Part shown: positions 1-8,638 of the stretch, one piece after another
How the letters are laid out: each line of letters opens with the position of its first letter
Numbering within the stretch: the first letter of the stretch is position 1
From: Gemmatimonadales bacterium
GTDB lineage: Bacteria > Gemmatimonadota > Gemmatimonadetes > Gemmatimonadales > GWC2-71-9
NCBI GenBank assembly: GCA_035637235.1
Contig: DASPXO010000245.1
Coordinates: 9,591 to 73,590 of the forward strand
Length of the DNA stretch: 64,000 nt
Reading direction: 5' to 3'
The notes under the pieces: generated by a model
The model's database searches: none
What the model was told of the DNA's origin: nothing
The model's input: the letters and a program-made list of their open reading frames with translations, nothing else
Position numbers and translations under genes: made by a program

Positions 1-324
1 ACCGCGCGCAGCGGCGGCCAGACCCGTCCCGGTTTCGAGGGCGGCCAGATGCCGCTCATCCGCCGGATTCCGAAGCGCGGCTTCACCAATCCATTCAGGC
101 AGCCCGCCCAGGTCGTCAACGTCCGGCACCTCGGCAAGCTGGCCGACGGCGTCGAAGTGACGCCCGACACGCTGTTCGGGGCGGGACTCGTCCGGCGGCC
201 CGACCGGCCCATCAAGCTCCTCGGCATGGGCGACGTCGAGCGCCGGTTCAACGTGAAGGGCGTCTCCGTCTCCGCCTCCGCCCGCGCGAAGATCGAGCAG
301 GCGGGCGGCACCATCGCGAGCTGA
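1..324 (+). CDS. rplO: 50S ribosomal protein L15, C-terminal part (5' end lies outside the window)
   Basis: Frame is open from base 1. Translation TARSGGQTRPGFEGGQMPLIRRIPKRGF matches the L15 signature. Followed by secY-adk-map as in spc operons. Confidence 0.9.
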   Translation, partial: TARSGGQTRPGFEGGQMPLIRRIPKRGFTNPFRQPAQVVNVRHLGKLADGVEVTPDTLFGAGLVRRPDRPIKLLGMGDVERRFNVKGVSVSASARAKIEQAGGTIAS

Positions 325-328
325 TCCC

Positions 329-1642
329 GTGACCGGGCCCCAGATTCCCAACCTGTTCAAGGTTCCGGAGCTGAAGAACAAGATCCTCTTCACGCTCCTG
401 TGCCTGCTCGTGTACCGCATCGGAGCGCACATCGCGACCCCCGGCGTCAACGTCCCGGCGCTCGCCGACTACCTGCGCCAGCAGGGGCAGGGCACCCTGT
501 TCGTGCTGTACGACCTGTTCGCCGGCGGCAGCTTCGGCCGGGCCACGGTGTTCGCGCTCGGAATCATGCCGTACATCTCGGCGAGCATCGTGTTCCAGCT
601 GGCGGCCCCGGTGTTCCCGGTGGTCGAGAAGATGCAGCGCGACGAGGAGGGGCGAAAAAAGCTCACGCAGTGGACCCGCTACCTGACCGTGATGCTGTGC
701 GTCTTCCAGGCGTACGGCTACGCGCTCTTCACCGAGCAGATCGTCGGCGCGGTGGCGCATCCCGGCTTCGCGTTCCGGATGACCACAGTGCTCACGCTCA
801 CCACCGGCGGGGTCTTCGTCATGTGGCTGGGCGAGCAGATCACCGAGCGCGGAATCGGCAACGGGGCGAGCCTGCTCATCTTCTTCTCGATCGTCGAGCG
901 CATCTGGCCGGAGACGATCCGGACGATCGAGGCGCTCAAGGCGCGCACCCTGACCGTCCCGGTCCTGCTCGTCGTGCTCGCGGTGATGGTGCTCGTCGTG
1001 GGGGGGACGGTGGCGGTCACGGTGGCGGCGCGCCGCATCCCCATCCAGATCCCACGCAAGGTGATGGGGCGCGGGCGGATCCGCGAGGGACAGAAGACCT
1101 TCATCCCGCTGCGGATCAACTCTTCGGGCGTGATGCCGATCATCTTCGCCCAATCGCTGATCATCGTCCCGGGCACGATCGCCCAGTTCAGCGGCAACAC
1201 GACGCTCAAGCACCTGGCGGAATACTTCAACGTCACCTCGCCGCTCTACGTGCTGACGAGCGCGGTGCTGATCATCTTCTTCGCCTACTTCTACACGTCG
1301 ATCATCTTCAACCCGGTGGATCTGGCGGAGAACCTCAAGAAGCAGGGCGGGTTCATCCCGGGCGTCAAGCCCGGCGCGGCCACCGCCGATTACATCGACG
1401 ACGTGCTGTCGCGGATCACCCTCCCGGGCGCCCTCTTCCTCACCGTGGTCGCGATGCTGCCGATCGTGGTGTCGAACGTGCTGAACATGCCGTTCGGGTT
1501 CGGCGGCACCGCGCTGCTGATCGTGGTCGGCGTGGCCCTCGACACGGTCCAGCAGGTGCAGCAGCATTTGCTGCTCCGGCACTACGACGGGTTCATGAAG
1601 GAAGGGCGCGTCAAGTTCCGCGGACGCCAGCGCTACCTGTAG
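329..1642 (+). CDS. secY: Preprotein translocase subunit SecY
   Basis: 437 aa with about 10 hydrophobic segments. N-terminus PELKNKILFTLLCLLVYRIGAHIATPG and C-terminal HYDGFMK are typical SecY. GTG start 4 nt after the rplO stop. Confidence 0.95.
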   Translation: MTGPQIPNLFKVPELKNKILFTLLCLLVYRIGAHIATPGVNVPALADYLRQQGQGTLFVLYDLFAGGSFGRATVFALGIMPYISASIVFQLAAPVFPVVEKMQRDEEGRKKLTQWTRYLTVMLCVFQAYGYALFTEQIVGAVAHPGFAFRMTTVLTLTTGGVFVMWLGEQITERGIGNGASLLIFFSIVERIWPETIRTIEALKARTLTVPVLLVVLAVMVLVVGGTVAVTVAARRIPIQIPRKVMGRGRIREGQKTFIPLRINSSGVMPIIFAQSLIIVPGTIAQFSGNTTLKHLAEYFNVTSPLYVLTSAVLIIFFAYFYTSIIFNPVDLAENLKKQGGFIPGVKPGAATADYIDDVLSRITLPGALFLTVVAMLPIVVSNVLNMPFGFGGTALLIVVGVALDTVQQVQQHLLLRHYDGFMKEGRVKFRGRQRYL

Positions 1643-1649
1643 GGTTCGT

Positions 1650-2213
1650 GTGTTCATCCTCCTCCTCGGCGCGCCGGGCTCAGGCAAGGGGACCCAAGGG
1701 AGGATCCTGGCGGAGCGGCTTGGCCTGCCCAAGATCACGACGGGAGATATCCTCCGCGCCGCCGTGAAGGCCGGCACGCCACTCGGCCGGGAAGCACAGC
1801 AGTACATGGACGGCGGCAAGCTCGTCCCCGACACGCTCATCCTCAGACTCATCGACCAGGAGCTGGCGAAGCCCGAAGCGGCGCACGGGGCGGTCCTCGA
1901 CGGCTTCCCGCGCACGGCCGCACAGGCGGAGGTCGTCGATGGCACGCTCGCCCGGCGCGGGGCTAGCCTGGACCATGTCGTCCTGCTCGACGTCCCCGAA
2001 GAGGAGCTGATCCGCCGGATGACGGGCCGGGCCGGCCAGGAAGGCCGCTCGGACGACGTGCCCGCGGCGATGAAGACCAGGCTCCAGGTGTACCAGCGGG
2101 ACACCGCTCCTCTCGTGGCCCATTACGCCGAGCGCGGCGTCGTGCACCGCGTGCCCGGCACCGGCGTGGTCGACGAAATCGCGGCGGAGATCAAGCGCAT
2201 CATCGGGCGATGA
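1650..2213 (+). CDS. adk: Adenylate kinase
   Basis: GAPGSGKGTQ P-loop, GDILRAAV, LVPD and DGFPRT motifs. Conserved position after secY. GTG start. Confidence 0.95.
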   Translation: MFILLLGAPGSGKGTQGRILAERLGLPKITTGDILRAAVKAGTPLGREAQQYMDGGKLVPDTLILRLIDQELAKPEAAHGAVLDGFPRTAAQAEVVDGTLARRGASLDHVVLLDVPEEELIRRMTGRAGQEGRSDDVPAAMKTRLQVYQRDTAPLVAHYAERGVVHRVPGTGVVDEIAAEIKRIIGR

Positions 2214-2971
2214 TCACCATCAAATCGCCGCGGGAGATCGAGACGATGGCGACCGCCGGTCGCATGGTCGCGCAGACGCTCGCGCTGGTGCAGCGCCGCG
2301 TGCGCCCCGGCGTCTCCACCGAGGAGCTCGATCGCCTCGCCGAGGAGTTCATCCGCTCGCATCCGGGCGCGCGGCCGTCGTTCAAGGGGCTGTACGACTT
2401 CCCCGCGACGCTGTGCACGTCCCTCAACCACGAGGTGGTGCACGGCATCCCCTCGGCGAAGCGACTGCTCGCCGAAGGCGACCTCCTGAGCGTGGACGTC
2501 GGCGTGTGGCTCGAGGGGCTACATGCGGACTCCGCCGCGACGTTCCCCGTAGGGTCGGTGAGCCCGGAGGCGGAGCGGCTGCTCAGCGTGACCCGGCAAG
2601 CCCTCGCGGCCGGGGTCGCGCAGGCACGCGCCGGGAATCACGTCGGCGACATCGGACACGCGGTGCAGGAGGTGGCCGAAACGGCGGGCTACTCGGTCGT
2701 CCGCGAGCTCGTGGGGCACGGCATCGGCTCCGCGTTCCACGAGGAGCCGCAGGTGCCGAACTACGGCAAGCCGAAGCGGGGCCCGCGCCTCATGCCGGGG
2801 ATGACCATCGCCATCGAGCCGATGGTGAACGCCGGCGGCGCAGGAATCCGCACACTGGACGACAAATGGACGGTGGTGACCGAGGACGGGTCGCTCTCCG
2901 CCCACTTCGAGCACACGGTGGCCATCCGCGAGAACGGGGGGCCGCCGCGGCTGCTGACGGTGGCTGACTAG
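2210..2971 (+). CDS. map: Type I methionine aminopeptidase
   Basis: 253 aa with EVVHGIP, DVG, GHGIG and EPM motifs. ATGA overlap with the adk stop. Confidence 0.93.
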   Translation: MITIKSPREIETMATAGRMVAQTLALVQRRVRPGVSTEELDRLAEEFIRSHPGARPSFKGLYDFPATLCTSLNHEVVHGIPSAKRLLAEGDLLSVDVGVWLEGLHADSAATFPVGSVSPEAERLLSVTRQALAAGVAQARAGNHVGDIGHAVQEVAETAGYSVVRELVGHGIGSAFHEEPQVPNYGKPKRGPRLMPGMTIAIEPMVNAGGAGIRTLDDKWTVVTEDGSLSAHFEHTVAIRENGGPPRLLTVAD

Positions 2972-3204
2972 GTCGCTTTCTGTATCGAATTTCGTGGCGT
3001 CTCTTCAACGACTGTCGGACCATCGCAGCACGAGCTCGCTGGTGAACCTCCGCTAAGGACTCTCCGCAACACCTGTTACCCTGTCGCAGCGCAAGTGCAC
3101 AAGTCGTGCAAACGGGAGCGGCGCCTACCGGACCCCGCTCCCCATGCCACGGCATGGCCGGGTGCCGAGCTCCACAGAACTCCGAGACCCGAGGTGGCCC
3201 GTCC

Positions 3205-6200
3205 ATGTCCATCGCCCGTCCGGCTGCGCTCACCGTTCTTGCCGTGGTCGCCGCCTCTCTGGTTGTCGCCACCTGCCGCGACAACGGCGGCCCGGAGCCG
3301 TCCACGAGGTCGACGTCGACGCCGCCGAGCTTCGCCACGTCGTCCGGCCCGGTGACGCTCGTGGGCGCGGGAAACATTGCGCGCTGCGACCGGACGGGGG
3401 ATGACCAAACCGCGAGCCTGCTCGACGGGATTCCCGGCAGCGTGTTCGCCGCCGGTGACAACGCCTTCGACAAAGGCACGCTCGACCAGTACAACAGGTG
3501 CTACAACCCGACCTGGGGCCGCCACAAGGCGCGCACCGCGCCTACGCCGGGCGACTGGGACTACAAGACGGCCGGGGCGGCGGGGTATTTCGGCTACTTC
3601 GGCGCGGCCGCCGGTGATCCCAGCCAGGGCTACTACAGCTACGACCTCGGAGCGTGGCACGTCATCGTGCTCAACAGCAACATCGCCCGGGGCGCGGGCT
3701 CCGCTCAGGAGCAGTGGCTGCGCGGCGACCTCGCCGCCCATCCCGCGCGCTGCACGCTCGCCTACTGGCACCACCCCCTGTTCGACTCCAAGGACAGTCC
3801 CAACACGAGCGTCCAACCGCTCTGGAACGATCTCTACGCCGCCGGGGCCGAGCTCGTGATCAACGCCCACTACGTCTTCTACGAGCGCTTCGCGCCGCAG
3901 ACGCCGGCGGGCGCCGCGGATCCTTCGTTCGGGATCCGGGAGCTTGTCGTCGGCACCGGGGGCGGCGGCGACGCCACGAAGTTCGGCACGATCCGGGCGA
4001 ACAGCGAGGTCCGCAACAGCGGCACGTTCGGCGTCCTGAAGCTCACGCTCGACGATGGCAGCTACGCGTGGCAGTTCGTGCCGATTCCGGGCAAGTCGTT
4101 CACCGACTCCGGCACCGGCACGTGCCACGGCGTGCCCCCGCTGTCCGTGAACGCGGGCCCCGATCTCACGGCCAGCCCCGGCACGCCGGTGAACCTTTCG
4201 GTCACGTTCACGGATCCCGGGGGCAGCACCAACGCGCCGTGGAGCTACTCTGTCGCGTGGGGCGACGGCGCCGCGAGCACGGGCACGACCCAGTCCTCGC
4301 CCATCGTGGCGTCGCACGTCTACTCCGCAGAAGGCCGGGACAGCGTGCGCGTCACGGTCACGAACGCCGCGGGCGGGTCCGGCTCGGATTCGCTGGCCGT
4401 GATCGTCTCCGCGTCCGTGTCCATGGTCTTCGTAGGCGCGGGCGACATCGGCGACTGCACCAGAACGGGCGATGACCAGACCGCCAACCTGCTCGACGGG
4501 ATTCCCGGCACCGTGTTCGCCCTCGGCGACAACGCCTACCCGAGCGGCTCGAGCAGCGACTTCACCAACTGCTACGACCCGACCTGGGGCCGGCACAAGG
4601 CCCGCACCCGGCCGGTTCCCGGCAACCACGAGTACGACACACCGGGCGCCCCCGCCTACTTCAGCTACTTCGGCGCGGCGGCGGGCGATCCCACCAAAGG
4701 GTACTACAGCTTCGATCTCGGTAGCTGGCACATCATCGCCCTGAACAGCGAGATCGCCCACGCCGCGGGATCGGCTCAGGAGCAGTGGCTGCGCGCCGAT
4801 CTCGCCGCCCACCCGGCGCTCTGCGCGCTCGCCTACTTGCATCGTCCCCTCTTCAGCTCCGGCATCCTGGCCGATCCCACGACGCAGGTCCTGTGGCAGG
4901 ACCTGTACAACGCCGGCGCCGAGGTCGTGCTCGCGGGCCACGAGCACAACTACCAACGCTTCGCCCCGCAGACGCCAGGCGGCGTGGCGGATCCGGCCAA
5001 CGGGATCCGCCAGTTCATCGCCGGCATGGGCGGCGCGGGCCATTTCAGCGTGGGCACACCCCTGCGGAACACCGAGGTGCAGGAGGACCAGACCTATGGC
5101 GTGCTGAAGCTGACGCTGTCCGCAAACGGCTACGACTGGAGGTTCATCCCCATCGCCGGCCAGACGTTCACCGACGCGGGCAGCGGCGCGTGCCATGGCG
5201 GCTCGGCAGCCGGCAATAACCCTCCCACGGCCGCGGTGGGAGGGCCCTACTCCGGTTCCGAGGGCACGACCGTAGCCTTCGATGGCAGCGGCTCGTCGGA
5301 CCCCGACGGCGACGCGCTCACCTATGCCTGGACCTTCGGGGATGGGAGCACCGGCACCGGCGTCAGGCCGACGCATGCCTACGCGGACAATCGGAGCTAC
5401 ACCGTCACGCTCACCGTCGCCGACGCGAAGGGCGCTGCGAGCTCGCCCTCCTCGACCACGACGACGATCGCCAATATGGCGCCCGCGGTGAACGCGGGAG
5501 CGAACCAGACCGCCACCGTGGGGAGCCCCTTCACGCTCAGCGCCAGCTTCAGCGATCCCGGCGTGAACGACGCGCCCTGGGCGTACGCCATCGATTGGGG
5601 CGACGGCTCCGCGCAGACGACGGGCAGCACGACGAGCCAGGGGAGTCCCATCACGGCCACGCACACCTATACCGCTGCGGGCACGAACACCGTGGGGGTG
5701 ACTGTCACCGACAAGGATGGCGAAGCGGGGTCCGGCCAGCTCACCGTGACGGTGACGACCGTGGCCAATCGGGCTCCCACCGCCGTGACCGGCGGGCCGT
5801 ACTCCGGCGTGGAAGGCACCGCTCTGAGCTTCGACGGCAGCGGGTCGTCCGACCCCGACGGCGACGCGCTCACCTATGCTTGGACCTTCGGGGATGGGAG
5901 CACCGGCACCGGCGTCAGGCCGACGCATGCCTACGCGGACAATCGGAGCTACACCGTCACGCTCACCGTCACCGACGCGAAGGGCGCTGCGAGCTCGCCG
6001 TCCTCGACCGCGACGACGATCGCCAATGTGGCGCCCGCGGTGAACGCGGGAGCGAACCAGACCGCCACCGTGGGGAGCCCCTTCACGCTCAGCGCCAGCT
6101 TCAGCGATCCCGGCGTGAACGACGCGCCCTGGGCGTACACGATTGACTGGGGCGACGGCTCCGCGCAGACGACGGGCAGCACGACGAGCCAGGGGAGTCC

Positions 6201-7128
6201 CATCACGGCCACACACACCTATACCGCCGCGGGCACGAACACCGTGCGGGTGACCGTCACCGACAAGGATGGCGGAGCGGGGTCCGGCCAGCTCACCGTG
6301 ACGGTCACGCAACCGGCGACGACCGTCACGCTTGTGGGAGCCGGCAACGTCGCGCGCTGCGACCGCACGAACGACGAGGCCACAGCGGCGCTGCTCGACG
6401 GGATTGCGGGCACCGTCTTCACGCTCGGCGACGGCGCCTACCCGGGCGGGCGGCTCGTCGACTACCAGACCTGCTACGACCCGAGCTGGGGGCGGCACAA
6501 GGCGCGCACCTCCCCCGTGCCGGGCCACCGCGACTACGACTCGAGCGCGACCGCCGTCGGCTACTTCACGTATTTCGGCGCCGCGGCCGGCGATCCGAGC
6601 AAGGGATACTACAGCTACGACCTCGGCGCCTGGCACATCATCGTGCTGAACAGCAACAATACCTACGTCCCGACCGCCGCGGGCTCGCCTCAGGAGTTGT
6701 GGCTCAAGGGAGACCTCGCCGCGACGACGAAGCGGTGCGTGCTGGCCATGTGGCACCGGCCGCGCTTTAACTCTACCACGGACACCGTGTTGTACGTGCC
6801 CAGCTCGGTGAAACCCTTCTGGGACGACCTCTACGCCGCCGGGGCGGAGCTGATCCTCAACGCGCACGTGCGCGACTACGAGCGGTTCGCGCCCCAGACG
6901 CCGGCCGGCACGGCCGACCCCGTGAACGGGATCCGCGAGATCATCGTGGGCACGGGTGGCGAGGGCCAGGACGCCCCCAACACGCTCATGGCCCCGAACA
7001 GCGAGGTCAACCTCAGTCTCGTGTACGGGGTGCTGAAGCTCACCCTGGGCGACGGGACGTACGCGTGGCAGTTCGTCCCGGTCGCGGGGCAGACGGCCAC
7101 CGATTCGGGGAGCGGGACGTGCCACTAA
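3205..7128 (+). CDS. Secreted lipoprotein with three calcineurin-like metallophosphoesterase modules separated by PKD-like Ig domains
   Basis: The ATG at 3205 gives the lipoprotein signal MSIARPAALTVLAVVAASLVVATC. Three ~260-aa modules recur: VGAG..C.RT.D..TA.LLDGI.G.VF..GD.A, WGRHKART.P.PG, YFG.AAGDP..GYYS.DLG.WH, and ERFAPQTP. Five PKD-like units carry FTDPG / DPDGD..TY.W.FGDG motifs. The ORF track starts upstream at 3106, but only 3205 yields a signal peptide. Confidence 0.8.
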   Translation: MSIARPAALTVLAVVAASLVVATCRDNGGPEPSTRSTSTPPSFATSSGPVTLVGAGNIARCDRTGDDQTASLLDGIPGSVFAAGDNAFDKGTLDQYNRCYNPTWGRHKARTAPTPGDWDYKTAGAAGYFGYFGAAAGDPSQGYYSYDLGAWHVIVLNSNIARGAGSAQEQWLRGDLAAHPARCTLAYWHHPLFDSKDSPNTSVQPLWNDLYAAGAELVINAHYVFYERFAPQTPAGAADPSFGIRELVVGTGGGGDATKFGTIRANSEVRNSGTFGVLKLTLDDGSYAWQFVPIPGKSFTDSGTGTCHGVPPLSVNAGPDLTASPGTPVNLSVTFTDPGGSTNAPWSYSVAWGDGAASTGTTQSSPIVASHVYSAEGRDSVRVTVTNAAGGSGSDSLAVIVSASVSMVFVGAGDIGDCTRTGDDQTANLLDGIPGTVFALGDNAYPSGSSSDFTNCYDPTWGRHKARTRPVPGNHEYDTPGAPAYFSYFGAAAGDPTKGYYSFDLGSWHIIALNSEIAHAAGSAQEQWLRADLAAHPALCALAYLHRPLFSSGILADPTTQVLWQDLYNAGAEVVLAGHEHNYQRFAPQTPGGVADPANGIRQFIAGMGGAGHFSVGTPLRNTEVQEDQTYGVLKLTLSANGYDWRFIPIAGQTFTDAGSGACHGGSAAGNNPPTAAVGGPYSGSEGTTVAFDGSGSSDPDGDALTYAWTFGDGSTGTGVRPTHAYADNRSYTVTLTVADAKGAASSPSSTTTTIANMAPAVNAGANQTATVGSPFTLSASFSDPGVNDAPWAYAIDWGDGSAQTTGSTTSQGSPITATHTYTAAGTNTVGVTVTDKDGEAGSGQLTVTVTTVANRAPTAVTGGPYSGVEGTALSFDGSGSSDPDGDALTYAWTFGDGSTGTGVRPTHAYADNRSYTVTLTVTDAKGAASSPSSTATTIANVAPAVNAGANQTATVGSPFTLSASFSDPGVNDAPWAYTIDWGDGSAQTTGSTTSQGSPITATHTYTAAGTNTVRVTVTDKDGGAGSGQLTVTVTQPATTVTLVGAGNVARCDRTNDEATAALLDGIAGTVFTLGDGAYPGGRLVDYQTCYDPSWGRHKARTSPVPGHRDYDSSATAVGYFTYFGAAAGDPSKGYYSYDLGAWHIIVLNSNNTYVPTAAGSPQELWLKGDLAATTKRCVLAMWHRPRFNSTTDTVLYVPSSVKPFWDDLYAAGAELILNAHVRDYERFAPQTPAGTADPVNGIREIIVGTGGEGQDAPNTLMAPNSEVNLSLVYGVLKLTLGDGTYAWQFVPVAGQTATDSGSGTCH
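5245..6312. repeat. Near-identical tandem duplication (552-bp period) encoding two PKD-domain pairs, inside the 3205-7128 CDS
   Basis: ccccgacggcgacgcgctcacctatgc occurs at 5301 and again at 5853. Two almost identical 89-aa antisense shadow ORFs sit at 5397..5666 and 5949..6218, also 552 bp apart. The protein copies differ at only a few residues. Confidence 0.9.
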
Positions 7129-7137
7129 ACAGCTAGG

Positions 7138-7161
7138 GGCTAAGAGGCTAAGGCGCTAAGG
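7138..7161. repeat. Three tandem octamers, GGCTAAGA GGCTAAGG CGCTAAGG
   Basis: Read directly from the sequence. They lie at the junction of two convergent genes (stops at 7126-7128 and 7148-7150) and overlap the last codons of the minus-strand gene. Confidence 0.6.
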
Positions 7162-8638
7162 GCAGCGCCTCCGCCTCGTCCAGCAGCGACTTCCCCAGCT
7201 CCGGCTCGGACAGCGACGCCACGTTGACCCGGACGTTCTCCAGCGCTCCCGCGAGCGCGGCGCGAGCGAGCGCCTCGCCGACTGTGGCGTCCGAGCGTGC
7301 GTTCCGGTTGCCGATCGTCCCGATCTCTCGCGCCAGGGCGATGAGCCGCACCGCTCCCCGCGCCATGGCGAGCGGCGGCCGGGCGGCGCCGATCAGCGCC
7401 TGGTCCACCGCCCGCTTCCGGCCCGGATCGTCCTTCGGGAGCCGGAAGGCCGCGCTGACCTTGGCGTACGCCGCCGCGTCGTCGTCCACCAGCTGGCGGA
7501 GCTGGGCCCGGAGGGCGTCCGCCTCCGCGAGGATCTCCGCCACGCGTCCCTGCACGGCGGCGTAGGCCTTTCGCCCGGTGGTGAGCCGGGCCACCATCGC
7601 GACGAGCGCCCCGGCCAGCGCCGCGGCGAGCGCCGCCGCGCCCCCGCCGCCGGGGACGGGAGAGGGACCCGCCAGCTCTTCCAGCCAGCCGTCGAGCGTG
7701 GGGCCTTCGGCGGCGCGGATCTTCGCCTCGAGCAGGTGATCGGCCGGGTCGGGGAGCTTGAGGTACGTCGCTCCCGCGCCGAGGATGCCCCGCTCCGGGA
7801 TGAGGCCAACGACTTCGCTCCGCAGCACGGCAACGCCCCGCGCTGCTGCCTCTGCCGCGACCAGCGCGAACGCGGCCGCGGGCGGCGTGGTGTCGATGTC
7901 GAGCAGGTTCATCGACACCTGGGCCTTCCCGTCCACCTCGAAGCCGGACGCCTGCACGGCCGGGAGCCCGCCGCTCGACGTGCGGACTTTCTTGGCGATG
8001 TCCTTCGCGACTCGGACGTCGCTCGTGTCGAGGAAGATGTTGAACGCGACCAGGAAGGCCCGGGCGCCGATCGCCGTGGCGCCCGCGGTGGGGTGGATGC
8101 GCCGGGGCCCGAAATCCGGGTCCGCCGTGGGGTCCGCTCCAATCCGTTCGCGCAAGCCCTCGAACTCGCCCTTCCGGATGTCCGGCAGACGCTCCCGCTC
8201 GGGGCGCTTGGCCGCCTTCGCGTACAGGAAGATCGGGATGCCGAGCTCGTTGCCCGCGCGCTCGGCCAGCCGCCGGGCGAGCGCCACACAGTCGTCCATC
8301 GTGAGGTCGCGCACCGGGACGAAGGGGACGACGTCGGTCGCCCCCATGCGCGGGTGCTCGCCGCGGTGCGCGGTGATGTCGATCCGCTCCGTCGCGACCC
8401 GCATCGCGCGGAACGCGGCTTCGACGGCCGCGTCGGGCGGCGCGACGAACGTGAACACGGAGCGGTGGTGGGCCGCGTCCGCTTGGACGTCCAGGAGCCT
8501 CACGCCCGGCACGGCCACGATCGCGGCCCGCAAGGCGTCGAGCGTGGCCCGGTCGCGCCCCTCGGAAAAGTTGGGAACGCACTCGACGAGCGGGGAGGGC
8601 ACTCCAAATTCCGCACTCCCCTGAGTCCGCATTCTCAT
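7148..8638 (-). CDS. Fused glutamate formiminotransferase / formiminotetrahydrofolate cyclodeaminase
   Basis: The N-terminus LVECVPNFSEGRD is the formiminotransferase hallmark. The C-terminal ~190 aa (PVPGGGGAAALAAALAGALVAMVARLTTGRK) is cyclodeaminase-like. The ATG at 8638 overlaps the upstream gene's stop as ATGA. The longer 726-aa ORF extension is Arg/Gly-rich junk overlapping suhB. Confidence 0.85.
   Translation of the reverse strand: MRMRTQGSAEFGVPSPLVECVPNFSEGRDRATLDALRAAIVAVPGVRLLDVQADAAHHRSVFTFVAPPDAAVEAAFRAMRVATERIDITAHRGEHPRMGATDVVPFVPVRDLTMDDCVALARRLAERAGNELGIPIFLYAKAAKRPERERLPDIRKGEFEGLRERIGADPTADPDFGPRRIHPTAGATAIGARAFLVAFNIFLDTSDVRVAKDIAKKVRTSSGGLPAVQASGFEVDGKAQVSMNLLDIDTTPPAAAFALVAAEAAARGVAVLRSEVVGLIPERGILGAGATYLKLPDPADHLLEAKIRAAEGPTLDGWLEELAGPSPVPGGGGAAALAAALAGALVAMVARLTTGRKAYAAVQGRVAEILAEADALRAQLRQLVDDDAAAYAKVSAAFRLPKDDPGRKRAVDQALIGAARPPLAMARGAVRLIALAREIGTIGNRNARSDATVGEALARAALAGALENVRVNVASLSEPELGKSLLDEAEALPLAP

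Noticed and set aside
3076-7125. Very long antisense ORFs: 3076..7125 (-) at 1349 aa, 44913..48368 (-) at 1151 aa, 28509..30806 (-), 248..2104 (-), 13713..15704 (-), 50171..52084 (-) and 58929..61049 (-).
   Set aside because: They are shadow frames typical of very GC-rich DNA. Their translations are dominated by Arg, Gly, Pro and Ala with no motifs. The opposite strand encodes proteins with clear family signatures.
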